DNA of 41,710 bases from Octopus sinensis (GCF_006345805.1 NW_021835269.1:1-41710); one strand, 5' to 3'; counted from the first letter of the stretch, positions 22,419 to 34,037 are shown. Numbers and translations are program-made. Notes: generated by a model not told the origin, from the sequence alone.

Positions 22419-23015
22419 GGCGAGCTGGAAGAAACGTTAGCACGCCGGGCGAAATGCTAGCGGTATTTCATCTGCGTTACGTTGTGAGTTCAAATTCCGC
22501 CGAGGTCGACTTTGCCTTTCATCCTTTCGGGGTCGATAAATTAAGTACCAGTTACGAACTGGGGTCGATGTAATCGACTTAATACCTATGTCTGTCCTTG
22601 TTTGTTCCCTCTGTGTTTAGCCCCTTGTGGGTAGTAAAGAAATAGGTATTTCGTTTACCGTTACGTTCTGAGTTCAAATTCCGCCGAGGTCGACTTTGCC
22701 TTTCATCCTTTCGGGGTCGACTAAATAAGTACCAGTTACGCACTGGGGTCGATGTAATCGACTTAATACCTATGTCTGTCCTTGTTTGTTCCCTCTGTGT
22801 TTAGCCCCTTGTGGGTAGTAAAGAAATAGGTATTTCGTTTACCGTTACGTTCTGAGTTCAAATTCCGCCGAGGTCGACTTTGCCTTTCATCCTTTCGGGG
22901 TCGACTAAATAAGTACCAATTACGCACTGGAGTCAATATAATCGACTTAATCCGCTTGTCTGTCCTTGTTTGTCCTCTCTGTGTTTAGCCCCTTGTGGGT
23001 AGTAAAGAAATAAGC
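22419..23015 (+). mobile_element. SINE family C trimer
   Basis: Units start at 22463, 22646 and 22830. TSD acctgtagta at 22404-22413 and 23016-23025. Confidence 0.9.
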
Positions 23016-23724
23016 ACCTGTAGTAGAAAATAGAACGACTTTATTTGGTGTGTCAGTGGCTCCTTTTTTTCTTTTCTTTAATGAGAGCAGGATAAAATAT
23101 GAGGAAAGTGTGATCCAATTATTCTATTTCTTCTGCGATACACTTAGGAAGAAAAGGAGAGAAAGAGAGAGAGAGAGAGAGCGGCAGGGAGCGAGCGGGG
23201 GAGACAGTGTGAAAGGAGGAGAGAAAGAGACAGACAGACAGACAAACAGGCAGGCAGAGACAGAAAAGAAAAATGAATAGAAAATGTTGACTGGCGGCAA
23301 ATGGATCGATTATAGATTATGCTCACTTGAATGTTCCCAGATGGTTTAAAACAAATGACCAGACATGATCGGAGCTCGTAAACCACTTTAGCATGAGGAA
23401 GTATTGTTAAATGCTGAAAGCTGACAGCCATATTTGACGTGAAGGGGTCGATTAGAGCGTTGGTGTGTTTGGTGCGTTGGTGGTGCTGGCGAGGGCGTGG
23501 GTAGGTCGTTCGGAATGTTATTGGACTCTGGGTGCGGTGTGCGGTGTGCGGCGGTGTGCGGTGTGCGGCGGTGGTGTGAGATGCTGAGCGAAAAAGATCG
23601 ATAGAAAAGCACTAAATAAATGAATAATTTAGAAAGATGTCTTAGGATTAGTACAGTCCGTCTTCCATTCAGTTTGGTACAGTATAAAATAATCACTTTC
23701 TATGAATTAGGATACGTAAGGTAT

Positions 23725-23976
23725 GTTGTTGTTGTTGTTGTTGTTGATGATGATGATGATGATGATGGGGATGATGATGGGGATGATGATGATGACGATG
23801 ACGATGATGACAACGACGATGATGACGATTATGATGATGATGATGACGACGATGACGATGACGATGATGATGATGATGATGATGAGGATGATGATGACGA
23901 CGTTGATGATGACGACGATGGTGATGACGATGATGACGACGATGATGATGACGATGATGGTGATGACGACGACGAC

Positions 23977-24008
<32 letters not shown>

Positions 24009-24108
24009 CGACGACGACGATGATAATGATGATGATGAGGATGATGACGATGACGACGACGACGATGAGGATGATTACGACGATGATGATGACGACGATG
24101 ATGATGAC

Positions 24109-24143
<35 letters not shown>

Positions 24144-24246
24144 CGATTATGATGATGACGATGACGATGATGATGATGATGACGATGATGATGATGACAA
24201 TGACGACGATGATGATGATGATGGTGATGATGATGATGATTATGAC

Positions 24247-24280
<34 letters not shown>
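23725..24280. repeat. (GAT/GAC)n trinucleotide tract
   Basis: Direct reading. It is the source of the poly-Asp ORF. Confidence 0.95.
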
Positions 24281-24619
24281 TTTATTCCGGGGGCAATCTG
24301 AGACACAGCAAGAAGATACATAATTAAAGACATTCCACCCATAGCCACCCTTTCCTGACTGGGCTACAATATTCAATTATGCCCTTCGATGTTTAAGATA
24401 TTAATGTGTGATTTGAGGGAGATTTGGCTGCTATTTCTAGCAGATCTGGTAATGATGTAGACGTCCTTTTCGTTGGTTTGTATATCAGACATGTAGCTTA
24501 GGTAAATATGTGTGCGTATGTATGTACGTACTCATAAATGTATTTATATATATAGGTGTTATATATGTGTGTGTGTATGTGTGTGTGTGTATGTATACAT
24601 ATATATATATGTACATATG

Positions 24620-24661
<42 letters not shown>

Positions 24662-24884
24662 CAAACGTACATACACACACATACATACCCATTCATACTT
24701 GCACGCGTACTCACACACTAATACATTTATGTATGGATTTGTATATCTATAGTTTATGTGTGTATGCCATACATGTATGTGTGTGTTCGTACTTGTGTAT
24801 GTGTGCGTGTCGAGGAGAAGTGAGAGATATTTTTACCAAATATTTACCTTTTCTGAGTTAAACAGAAAAGCAAAGAGTTGGCAG

Positions 24885-25141
24885 GAGTTCAAATTCCGCT
24901 GAGGTCGACTTTGCCTTTCATCCTTTCGGGGTCGATAAATTAAGTACCAGTTACGCACTGGGGTCGATATAATCGACTTAATCCCTTTGTCTGTCCTTGT
25001 TTGTCCCCTCTATGTTTAACCCCTTGTGGGTAATAAAGAAACACATAATAAGTCCTGGGGTCGATTTGTTCGACTAAAGGCCGTGCTCCAGCAGGGCCGA
25101 AGTCAAATGACAGAAACAAGTAAAAGAGTAAAAGAGTAAAG
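24885..25141 (+). mobile_element. 5'-truncated C SINE directly followed by a B SINE 3' end
   Basis: C body at 24885-25041, then B tail aataagtcctggggtcg...gtaaaagag at 25047-25141. Confidence 0.8.
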
Positions 25142-25540
25142 AACGAACCAAGACGAGCATCAACAGGATCTGTTTGCCTGCTAGAAAAAACAGGAAAATC
25201 TCCCTCAAACTATACGTAAATGTTGTCTTTAAAAACTGAAACATAGGCTTAATAGCCCATGTTATATTGTTTGGAAATGAAAAAGGGTGGCGTTGGCTGG
25301 AATCACTTTTGTTTATGAGACTGCTCTGTGAGAAACTACAAAACGGATGCTGGGATGGACATTTATTAGAGCATCAGAGAATGAAGGAGAGATTGATTAT
25401 TATTATCGGATATCGATGGATAACAATAATCAAGTAATGTAAACACATTCAAGGCTAGTCTGGACCTAAACTAGAACGACCACGACGACGACGACGACCA
25501 CCACCACCACCACGACTACGTAATCATTTCTGAACATTTT

Positions 25541-25675
25541 GGCGCAGGTGTGGCAATGTGGATTAAAAGCTTCATACGAACCATGTCGGCTCGGGTTCAG
25601 TGTCACTGTGCGGCACCTTGTCTTCTATTAAAGGGTAGGACCGACCGAAGCATCGTGAGTGGATTTGGTGGACCG
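25541..25675 (+). mobile_element. Old SINE family B 5' fragment
   Basis: ggcgcaggtgtggc...gggttcagtg...gtgagtggatttggt. Confidence 0.65.
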
Positions 25676-25710
25676 TATGCATATATATATATATATATAT
25701 ATATATACAT

Positions 25711-25988
25711 GATATTAGGGAGTATAACACCAAACTTACAGGGAAAAATTAAATTTAGTACTAAATCAAATTTCACAGTATATCTATCGCGTGTGTACCG
25801 TTGGCGATTTTTTTCCTCTGTCTTCCCTTCTCTGGATCTTTCCTTCTCCTATGTTTCCGACAAAGAGCTCCGCTCGAAAAATTAAACCCTCCTTCTTTCC
25901 TTCTTTCCTGAGCGTCCAATAATACTATATTTGTTCCACGTCCTCGCGTTGTTGTGTTTTTTTGTGCTTTCTTGTTTGGATTAATTAT
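25711..25988 (+). mobile_element. Penelope-like terminal-repeat remnant, second subfamily, with a hammerhead-like motif (25853-25887)
   Basis: gttt-CCGACAA-A-gagc-tcc-gctc-GAAA-aat-t-aaac. Downstream tcctgagcgt...aatac is shared with the other copies. TA-rich flanks. Confidence 0.55.
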
Positions 25989-26000
25989 GTATATATGTAT

Positions 26001-26316
26001 ATTCTTTATAAGCCTAGAACATATTCTATCGGTTGCTTTTGCCGAACTGCAAAGTTCCGGGGACGTAAACACACCAGCATCGGTTGTCAAGCGATGTTGG
26101 GCGGACAAACACAGACACACAAACACACACACATACATACATATACATATATACGACGGGCTTCTTTTCAGTTTCCGTCTACCAAATCCACTCACAAGGC
26201 TTTGGTCGGCCTGAGGCTATAGTAGAAGACACTTGCCCAAGATGTCACGCAGCGGGACTGAACCGGAGCCATGTGATTAGTAAGCGAGCTACATACCACA
26301 CAGCCACTTCTGCGCC
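26001..26316 (-). mobile_element. SINE family B lacking its 3' tail
   Basis: Head at 26316, collinear to attctttataagcc. Confidence 0.85.
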
Positions 26317-26381
<65 letters not shown>

Positions 26382-26480
26382 CATGTATTTATATACATAC
26401 ATATGTGTGCGTGTGTGTGTGTATGCATGCATATGTTCGTATATATACACACACACACACACACACCTATATACATATGT

Positions 26481-26520
<40 letters not shown>

Positions 26521-26843
26521 AAAACATTCCAACATTGAGATTTGAAATCATATGTCACTACTGTTCATATCATCTGTGGATAAATTTTAGGATAGATTGA
26601 TGATATCACCAGCAGTGACATAGGTGGATCGCAGGCGCAATAGCATTAAATAGTTATGAATTATGAATTTGTACGAAGCGTAAGGATGCTTAACAAGCAT
26701 CCACCTGCTAGAAATAAGAGCTAAAGTCTTAAATTTATCCACCGTACTGCACCAAGATAACAGAGAAAAACAGTACGCGAGGAAAACAGAAAGGAATAAA
26801 AGATTTAACAGCACAAATAAAAATATCATGCAATCAAGGATAT

Positions 26844-26898
26844 CCACAAACCAGGTTTCGGCTTTTGGGTATTTAAACCCTGAGCCTCGTCAGTGTGG
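26844..26898 (-). ncRNA. Type I hammerhead ribozyme motif (canonical core, minimal stem III)
   Basis: Minus strand reads CCACA-CUGACGA-GGCU-[caGGGUuuaaauACCCaaa]-AGCC-GAAA-CCUG-GUU-UGUGG. Stem I is 5 bp, stem II is 4 bp plus an extension, and the predicted cut is after GUU (26849/26848). Confidence 0.75.
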
Positions 26899-27019
26899 CC
26901 TACCGGTTAACTGTCACGTTAAACTCTGGCCGTGCAAACGGTTTTGTTTTGCGCCAAAAACAGAGCACATGGTGCATGAAATTTTATAAGCAAAACATTC
27001 AAAATACATATATATATTT

Positions 27020-27240
27020 TGGATGAAAGGCAAAGTCAACCTCGGCGGAATTTGAACTCAGAACGTAACGGCAGACGAAATACTTTGGTCTGCATGGGAA
27101 AGACCTCTGAATCTTGCGGAGCCTGTATTGAAACCAGTCAGCGTGCAGGAAGCTACTTGCACTTTAATTTCATAAGCAGGCTGTTCCGTTGATTGGATCA
27201 ACTGGAACCGTTATCGTCGTAACCGACAGAGTGCCAAACT
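27020..27240. other. Composite: inverted C fragment, 68-bp inverted copy of 27889-27956, and an old A1 tail
   Basis: 27020-27083 is C (minus). 27085-27152 is the exact reverse complement of 27889-27956. 27153-27240 is a diverged A1 3' end (plus). Confidence 0.85.
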
Positions 27241-27298
27241 TCACCTTGCTTCCATAAATTAACACAGGGTAGACATAAGAGTTCAATCTACGGATCTT

Positions 27299-27604
27299 TT
27301 TCTTTTTTGTTCCTTCTCGAGCCATGCCTGGCTCATAGGGCCGGTTTCCCGGTTTCCTGGCGTATAGGTTCCCCACCTGGACGGGATACCGGTCCGACGC
27401 AGGTGAGCTGCAAGATGCAAGAGGAAAGAGTGAGAGAAACTTGTGGCGAAAGAGTCAGCAGAAGTTTCGCCATTACCTTCTGCCGGAGCCGCGTGGAGCT
27501 TAGGTGTTTCGCGCATAAACACACACTTCGCCCGGTCTGAGATTCGAACCCGCGATCCCTCGACCGCGAGTCCGCTGCTCTAACCACTAGGCCATGTGCC
27601 TCCA
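27299..27604 (-). mobile_element. SINE family A, tail A3, full length
   Basis: 15-bp TSD with one mismatch, caatc(t/a)acggatctt, at 27284-27298 and 27605-27619. Confidence 0.9.
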
Positions 27605-27619
27605 CAATCAACGGATCTT

Positions 27620-27975
27620 AGCTTTGGTGCTCAAAGTACGGTTTCTGAAGATGTTACAGAATTTTGAGAATGCAGATTTTGCCAGCACAGTCCGTTCTTT
27701 TATTTTTATATCCTTCACACATCCTGTGTCTTCTGTCATCAAAGATCCAAGGGAGTTGAATGACCTGTTTCCTTCTCCAGTTCTCTTATGATCAACTTGC
27801 TACAGTAATTGAAGAGATCTGGCGACACAACACATCCTTATGTGACCACTTTCCAGATACTAATGCATTCACATCATTCTCCATCCAACTTCCTGCACGC
27901 TGACTGGTTTCAATACAGGCTCCGCAAGATTCAGAGGTCTTTCCCATGCAGACCAAGGTTACTGAGTTCTTTAAA
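27620..27975 (-). pseudogene. Decayed RTE-clade reverse transcriptase fragment
   Basis: LGLHGKDL*ILRSLY*NQSA...GCVVSPDLFNYCSKLIIRELE. After a deletion or frameshift: GSLMTEDTGCVKDIKIRTVLAKSAF. Confidence 0.75.
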
Positions 27976-28065
27976 TAACATGTCTTATTTTATCGAAGGC
28001 CTTTGCGTGATCTGTGAAACACATGAAGACGCATACATTATACATATATATATATTTTGATAAAA

Positions 28066-28296
28066 AGGCGGCGAGCTGACAGAAACGTTAGCACGCCGGA
28101 CGAAATGCGTAGCCGTATTTCGTCCGCCGCTACGTTCTGAGTTCAAATTCCGCCGAGGTCGACTTTGCCTTTCATCCTTTCGGGGTCGATAAATTAAGTA
28201 CCAGTTACGCACTGGGGTCGATGTAATCGACTTGATCTGTTTGTCTGTCCTTGCTTGTCCCCTCTATGTTTAGCCCCTTGTAGGTAGTAAAGAAAT
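28066..28296 (+). mobile_element. SINE family C monomer
   Basis: Full head, core and aaagaaat end. Confidence 0.9.
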
Positions 28297-28728
28297 ATAT
28301 AACATTATGTAACATTATATTTTCTGCGGTTTTAGAGTACCAAGAAAATATGACGAGACATCAGTTCACAACATAAGATCCAGGAGTCCCTGGTGTCCCA
28401 TGAGAGAAGATTTTTAGGAGCCTGGGATGAAACTGAGAAAAGCAGATTATTATTTGCTAATAAAATTGACAGATGGACATCTTACACGATCACTTGACAA
28501 GCTAGAAATAACTACTATATTTCATAAATATTTGCCATGAAGGGCATTACAAAGAGGGGACGGACAAGAACAGACAAATATTAAAGGGTGAAGTAGCTGT
28601 AGCGATTAAATATTTACAATTTAAGCGTTGCTCATTACAAATGAAATTTGTAATGGCTTCTCTGAAGGATAGGCATCCGACCACCAGGGTAGACCCCTTG
28701 CTTTTTCTTTCCTGTTTTTGGCTTCCAC

Positions 28729-29160
28729 TTACCTGGTGCCAAACACTCCCAGCTTCCTCGCCACAGGCATCCATCTTTTCAGGAATCTGTCTCGTGACAG
28801 GTACCTTTTCTCCAGCCTGATCTTATTACTGAGGTGGTAACTAAAAAAGTTAACCAAATCCTGGCCGGATACAAAGGTACCCAACACTATGCCTCTCACA
28901 CGCGTCTTCCATACTGTTTCTTTCAGCATGGCTACTACGCAGAAAAAGCAAGCCTTCCGTTCCCTGTTAAGGGTAGGAGGCGACACAATCTCGATGATAG
29001 ATTCAGCTGATAGCTGTACTCTTCCCATCGAAGACAACAGTTGCTCTGCGAAAACTATCAGCCCCGTTAATTCCGGACACTCCACAAATGCGTGCAAGAG
29101 GGTTTCCCTGTCCTGCCCGCACCTCGGACATCTCGGCGAAGACCTCAGTTCACATCATAT
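28729..29160 (-). pseudogene. L1/Tx1-type ORF2 C-terminal fragment with a CCHC zinc knuckle
   Basis: CPRCGQDRETLLHAFVEC (C-x2-C-x8-H-x4-C), then an open frame with LKETVWKTR, ending at a stop at 28729. Confidence 0.75.
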
Positions 29161-29209
29161 ATCATAAACGGAAAGGACATTTTAGATTACTATCAAGATA
29201 TATTTTTTT

Positions 29210-29409
29210 CTTTTATATTTTCCAGTCAATTGGTTGCGGTCATGCTGGTCAAACACCTTCAAGGGTGATTCGAATGGATCGATTTCAATGCTTAATGTTA
29301 TTTATAGCCTGGTACTTATTCTATCGGCCACTTTTGCCGAACCGCTAGGGTTAGAGTGACATAAATAAACCAACACCGGTTGGGAAGCGTTGGTGGTGGG
29401 GGACAAACA

Positions 29410-29441
<32 letters not shown>

Positions 29442-29863
29442 AGTAAGTCCATAAATGCAAAACAAGGTGAGAAAAAAGTACTTGAATACATAAGGTAGAC
29501 TGATATGCTTTTATAAAATCTGCAAAAAATCTTCACAAAACCATTACTCAGAGTACCAGGTTCCCGATCGTCCGACGAACGGGAACAGGAAACTGTGAGT
29601 TTTGTGAAGATTTTGCAGCCTTAATAAAGGTATATGTGTGTGCGCGTGGTGTGTGTGTGTGTGTGTGTTGTGTGTGTGTGTGTGTGTGTGTGTGTTGTGT
29701 TTAGGTGTTCTTTCAGTTTCCATCAATCAAATCCACTTACAAGGTCATTGGTTAGCTTGAGACTATAGTAGAGTACACTTGCCCTCGGTACCGCAAGATG
29801 GGACTGAACCCAAAACAACACGGTTGGAAAGCATGCTTCTTATCCACACAGCCACGCATGCGC
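29210..29863 (-). mobile_element. Old SINE family B split by a ~240-bp insert in its microsatellite
   Basis: 3' half at 29210-29440 and head at 29705-29863. Confidence 0.7.
29521..29617. repeat. Nested inverted repeat (foldback)
   Basis: Outer arms tgcaaaa(aa)tcttcacaaaac / gttttgtgaagattttgca. Inner gttcccg-a-tcgtc-c-gacga-a-cgggaac. Confidence 0.75.
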
Positions 29864-30031
29864 TTATGTTTCCGGACATTTTTTTTTTTATAACATATTT
29901 TCTGCAACTTGTGAGTACCACAGGTCCCTGCAGGACCACAATAGAGAGATCGAGGGTCCGTGTGTTGTATTAAAAGTGTTTAAGAGCTGCAATATAAAAT
30001 GAATAATTCAGTTACGTATAAATATGATTTA

Positions 30032-30420
30032 GTGGAGGCGCAATGGCCCAGTGGTTAGGGCAGCGGACTCGCGGTCGTAGGATCGCGGTTTCGATTCCCA
30101 GACCGGGCGTTGTAAGTGTTTATTGAGCGAAAACACCTAAAAGCTCCACGAGGCTCCGGCAGGGGATGGTGGTGATCCCTGCTGTACTCTTTCACCACAA
30201 CTTTCTCTCACTCTTACCTCCTGTTTCTGTTGTACCTGTGTTTTGAAAGGGCCGGCCTTGTCACTCTCTGTGTCACGCTGAATATCCCCGAGAACTACGT
30301 TAAGGGTACACGTGTCTGTGGAGTGCTCAGCCACTTACACTTTAATTTCACGAGCAGGCTGTTCCGTTGATCGGATCAACCGGAACCCTCGTCGTCGTAA
30401 CCGACGGAGTGCTTCCATCC
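30032..30420 (+). mobile_element. SINE family A, tail A1, full length
   Basis: Near-identical to 2191-2573 and 18213-18603. Confidence 0.92.
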
Positions 30421-30603
30421 ATAATTATATATGGTTCCATTAAGAGATAAAACTGGAAAAACGTGATTATTTTTAATCAATAAAGTTGACTTATTGTGTA
30501 GAGAGGCCTTTCGGAAATCTGGGGTCTATGGAAAAAATTCATTTACATAACCAGGATTATTGGTTAGATTGGGAACCAGAGAAGTACTCTAAGAATTAGT
30601 TTC

Positions 30604-30758
30604 GGGCATAGAGGTGACTGTGTGGTAAGTAGATTGCTTACCAACCACATGGTTCCGTGTTCAGTCCCACTGCGTGGCACCTTGGGCAAGTGTCTTCTTG
30701 TATAGCCTTGTGAGTGGATTTGGTAGACGGAAACTCAAAAAAGCCTGTCGTATATATG

Positions 30759-30804
<46 letters not shown>

Positions 30805-31019
30805 GCGGGTGTGCATGTTTCTGTGTCTGTTTGTCCCCCAACATCGCTTGACAACCGATGTTTGTGTGTTTACATCCCCGTAACTTAGCGGTTCGGCAAA
30901 AGAGAGCGATAGAATAAGTACTAGGCTTACAAAGAATAAGTCCGCACCTTGGGCAAGTGTCTTCTACAATAGCCTTGTGAGTGGATTCGGTAGACGGAAA
31001 CTGAAAAAAGCCCGTCGTA

Positions 31020-31058
<39 letters not shown>

Positions 31059-31278
31059 GCGTGTGTATATGTTTGTGTGTCTGTGTTTGTCCCACCAACA
31101 TCGCTTGACAACCGATGCTGGTGTGTTTACGTCCCCGTAACTTAGCGGTTCGGCAAAAGAGAGCAATAGAATAAGTACTAGGCTTACAAAGAATATGTCC
31201 TGGGGTAGATTTGCTCGACTAAAGGTGGTGCTCCAGCCTGGCCATAGTCACATGACTGAAACAACAAGTAAAAGAGTA
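30604..31278 (+). mobile_element. SINE family B partial tandem dimer
   Basis: The second unit restarts at caccttgggcaag (~30944). Both units lack the same ~17-bp segment. Confidence 0.8.
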
Positions 31279-31369
31279 ATAGCTGTGGGTCTTGTATTAC
31301 TTTTACCGTGACTAACCCCGTTTTCCAAGTACAAATGCAGAAAACTCGAAAGAAATCCAAATATTGGCT

Positions 31370-31845
31370 TGTTGTTGTTGTTGTTCTCCTTCTTCTACTT
31401 CCTCTTCTTCTTCTTCTTCATCTTCTTCTTCATCATCTTCTTCTTCTTCTTCTTCTTCTTTCTTCTTCTTCTCTTCTTCTTCCCTTCTTCTTCTTCTTCT
31501 TCTTCTTCTTCTCTACTTCCCTTCTTTCTTCTTCATTTCTTTCGTCTCTCTTTCTTCCTTTATTCTTCTCCTCTCTTTTCTTCTTCTTATCTCTTTCTGT
31601 CGTTCTCCTTCTTCTTATCTTTCTTCTCGTTCTTCTTTCGTCTTATTCTCGTCTCTTCTTCTTCTTCCTTCTTCTTCTTCTTCTTCTTTCGTCCTTCTAT
31701 TCTTCTCTTCTTTTCTTCTTCTCTTTCTTCTTTCCTCTCTTCTTCCTTCTTCCTTCTTTCTTCTTCTTCATTTCTTCTTCTTCTTCCTTCTTCTTCTTCT
31801 TTCTTCCTTCTTCTTCTTCTTCTTCTTCTTCTCCTCATTCTTCTT
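31370..31845. repeat. (CTT)n-based polypyrimidine tract
   Basis: Direct reading. Confidence 0.95.
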
Positions 31846-32379
31846 GTTTAACCGCAGGACACTACTGAATGGGCAGATGCCTGATCAAAAAGCGTTTCAA
31901 ATATGATCATCCTGTTCCTCTTACCTGAAGCGTTACATATTAACGAATATATTATCAAATATATTACATACATCTCCGTTTTTCAAAACAGACCCGTGTG
32001 TTTTGCGGGAGATTTAGCTGCTATTATTAATACGCAAAAGCAACGAAGATCCAGTTATCAGCAATGTTGACCTATTTGCAATGAAAGGCTTCATCTTTGT
32101 ATTAATGAAATAACTTTTATTGTGGCAAACCAGCGATAATAAAACAGAGAGAAACGGCATTTTCTCTTTCATTCTGACATCATAGAAATTCACGTTGCAA
32201 TTTGCAATATAAAGAAGAAAATCTGTGCGTGAAAATTGTACGCAAATGAGTGTATATATTCACGAAAGTGTGATCATGTGTGTAGCATACATACCTGTCT
32301 GCCTATCTAACTACACGCACGTACACACAAACACACACACACATATATATGTAGGTAGGTATGAATGTATATATTCATA

Positions 32380-32505
32380 TATACGTATGTATAAATATGT
32401 ATATATATATATATATATACATATATACATATTCAAACATACATAAATGTATATGAATATATATAAGTATATACGTATATATATATATGTATATATGTAT
32501 GTATG

Positions 32506-32538
<33 letters not shown>

Positions 32539-32623
32539 GTATGTATGTATATGTGTAGTTATATATATTATTATATATACGTATATATATATATGTATGT
32601 ATAGTATATATATATATACATGC

Positions 32624-32661
<38 letters not shown>

Positions 32662-32778
32662 TATATATATATATATATAATAATATAAATTTAATATATA
32701 TATTGTATGTATATGTATATATATGTATGTATATGTATATATATATATATACATATATATATATTATTATATACATGC

Positions 32779-32811
<33 letters not shown>

Positions 32812-33320
32812 CTATATATATATATATATATATATAGATATATATATATATATATATATGTATGCATGTATGTACGCTTCTAATAATTTGCACAATGCAC
32901 ACGGCATTATATATTATATCTACAGTCAATTTAGCTGTCAAACGTTTGTGGTCACCAATATAAATGCAGACAACACACAGATACACCCCACTTACATGCA
33001 AACATCTATTATCACCATATATATATATGTGTGTGTGTGTGTGTGTATACCTGTGTGTATGAGTGTATATAAGTTTATATGTGTGTGCATATATATATAT
33101 ATTTACTTGGAAATGGATGCGCGTCCTTTTGTATACATGTATTTATGTATAAATACAAATACAAATATATAGCTATATATATATAAAATAATTATATATA
33201 TATATCTAATATATTATATCTATTATATATATATATATATATATATATATTCATATATTATATATATATATATATTAATATATATATATACATATATATA
33301 CATATTATGGTGAACCATAC
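32380..33320. repeat. TA-rich cryptic dinucleotide tract
   Basis: Direct reading. Confidence 0.9.
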
Positions 33321-33656
33321 ACTTGCGCTCGTGCGCATACACATAATACTTATATACATATGTATTTATATATGTGTGTGTGTTTTCCACACATCCGCAT
33401 ACACGTTCTTACACGCACATATATATATATATATATGTATGTATATATGAGTATATATACATGCATGGATAGTTACTAACTTCATTTATAATACTGTAGA
33501 CTGCCATCATCCTAGATTCTCTTCAATATTTAGTACCGACATAACTTTCCATTTATTTTACATCGTAGGATGGCATTCGTAAAAGAGCTATCTCATAACA
33601 TTAACATCGTACTTTGTCTCGAAACCCCATCCAAGTGTCCTCCAACTATAATGCTA

Positions 33657-34037
33657 GTACTTTACTTGTACTTGTGGCGACATTCACTCTGGGCGGGTTG
33701 AGTCGGCTTCTTCTACTCATGGAAGAAGTTTCGTCGGAATACGTGGATTTCACAAGCGGTCCCCAACAATCCCGCATGTGGAGACATCCTGTTTGCCGCA
33801 GATTGTCCGCAGACGCAGGGACAGAACGACCGAGGAGCCGCCAGTTGCCGAAGCAGCCACTCCGAGGATTTTCACCAGAGCCCCGTCTGCCGGGTTGAGG
33901 CCCTAATACCACTCGGTGTCAGACCAATCCACCTTGGGCGGCCCTACCAGGAACCGAAGTTCCCGATGGCATAGCTCTGACACTACCCGTTGGTAGCGTC
34001 CCCTCCACGGTGAGGAGGAGATGGACTTTGGGGACGC
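33657..34037 (-). mobile_element. Short RTE-derived non-autonomous retroposon, copy 2, complete
   Basis: 14-bp TSD caactataatgcta at 33643-33656 and 34037-34050 (1-nt overlap with the element 5' end). Tail acaagtacaagtaaagtac. No Pol III boxes. Confidence 0.8.

Noticed and set aside
22463-23013. Regularly spaced repeats suggestive of a CRISPR array
   Set aside because: These are whole-unit tandem SINE repeats without unique spacers, in eukaryotic DNA with no cas genes.
23620-24327. 235-aa poly-Asp ORF resembling acidic biomineralisation proteins
   Set aside because: It is a (GAT/GAC)n microsatellite. No single substitution of GAY gives a stop, so an open frame is expected, and there is no signal peptide or splice evidence.
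32311-33172. Ile/Tyr-rich ORFs here and in other TA/CA/TATG tracts
   Set aside because: They are dinucleotide and tetranucleotide repeat translations.
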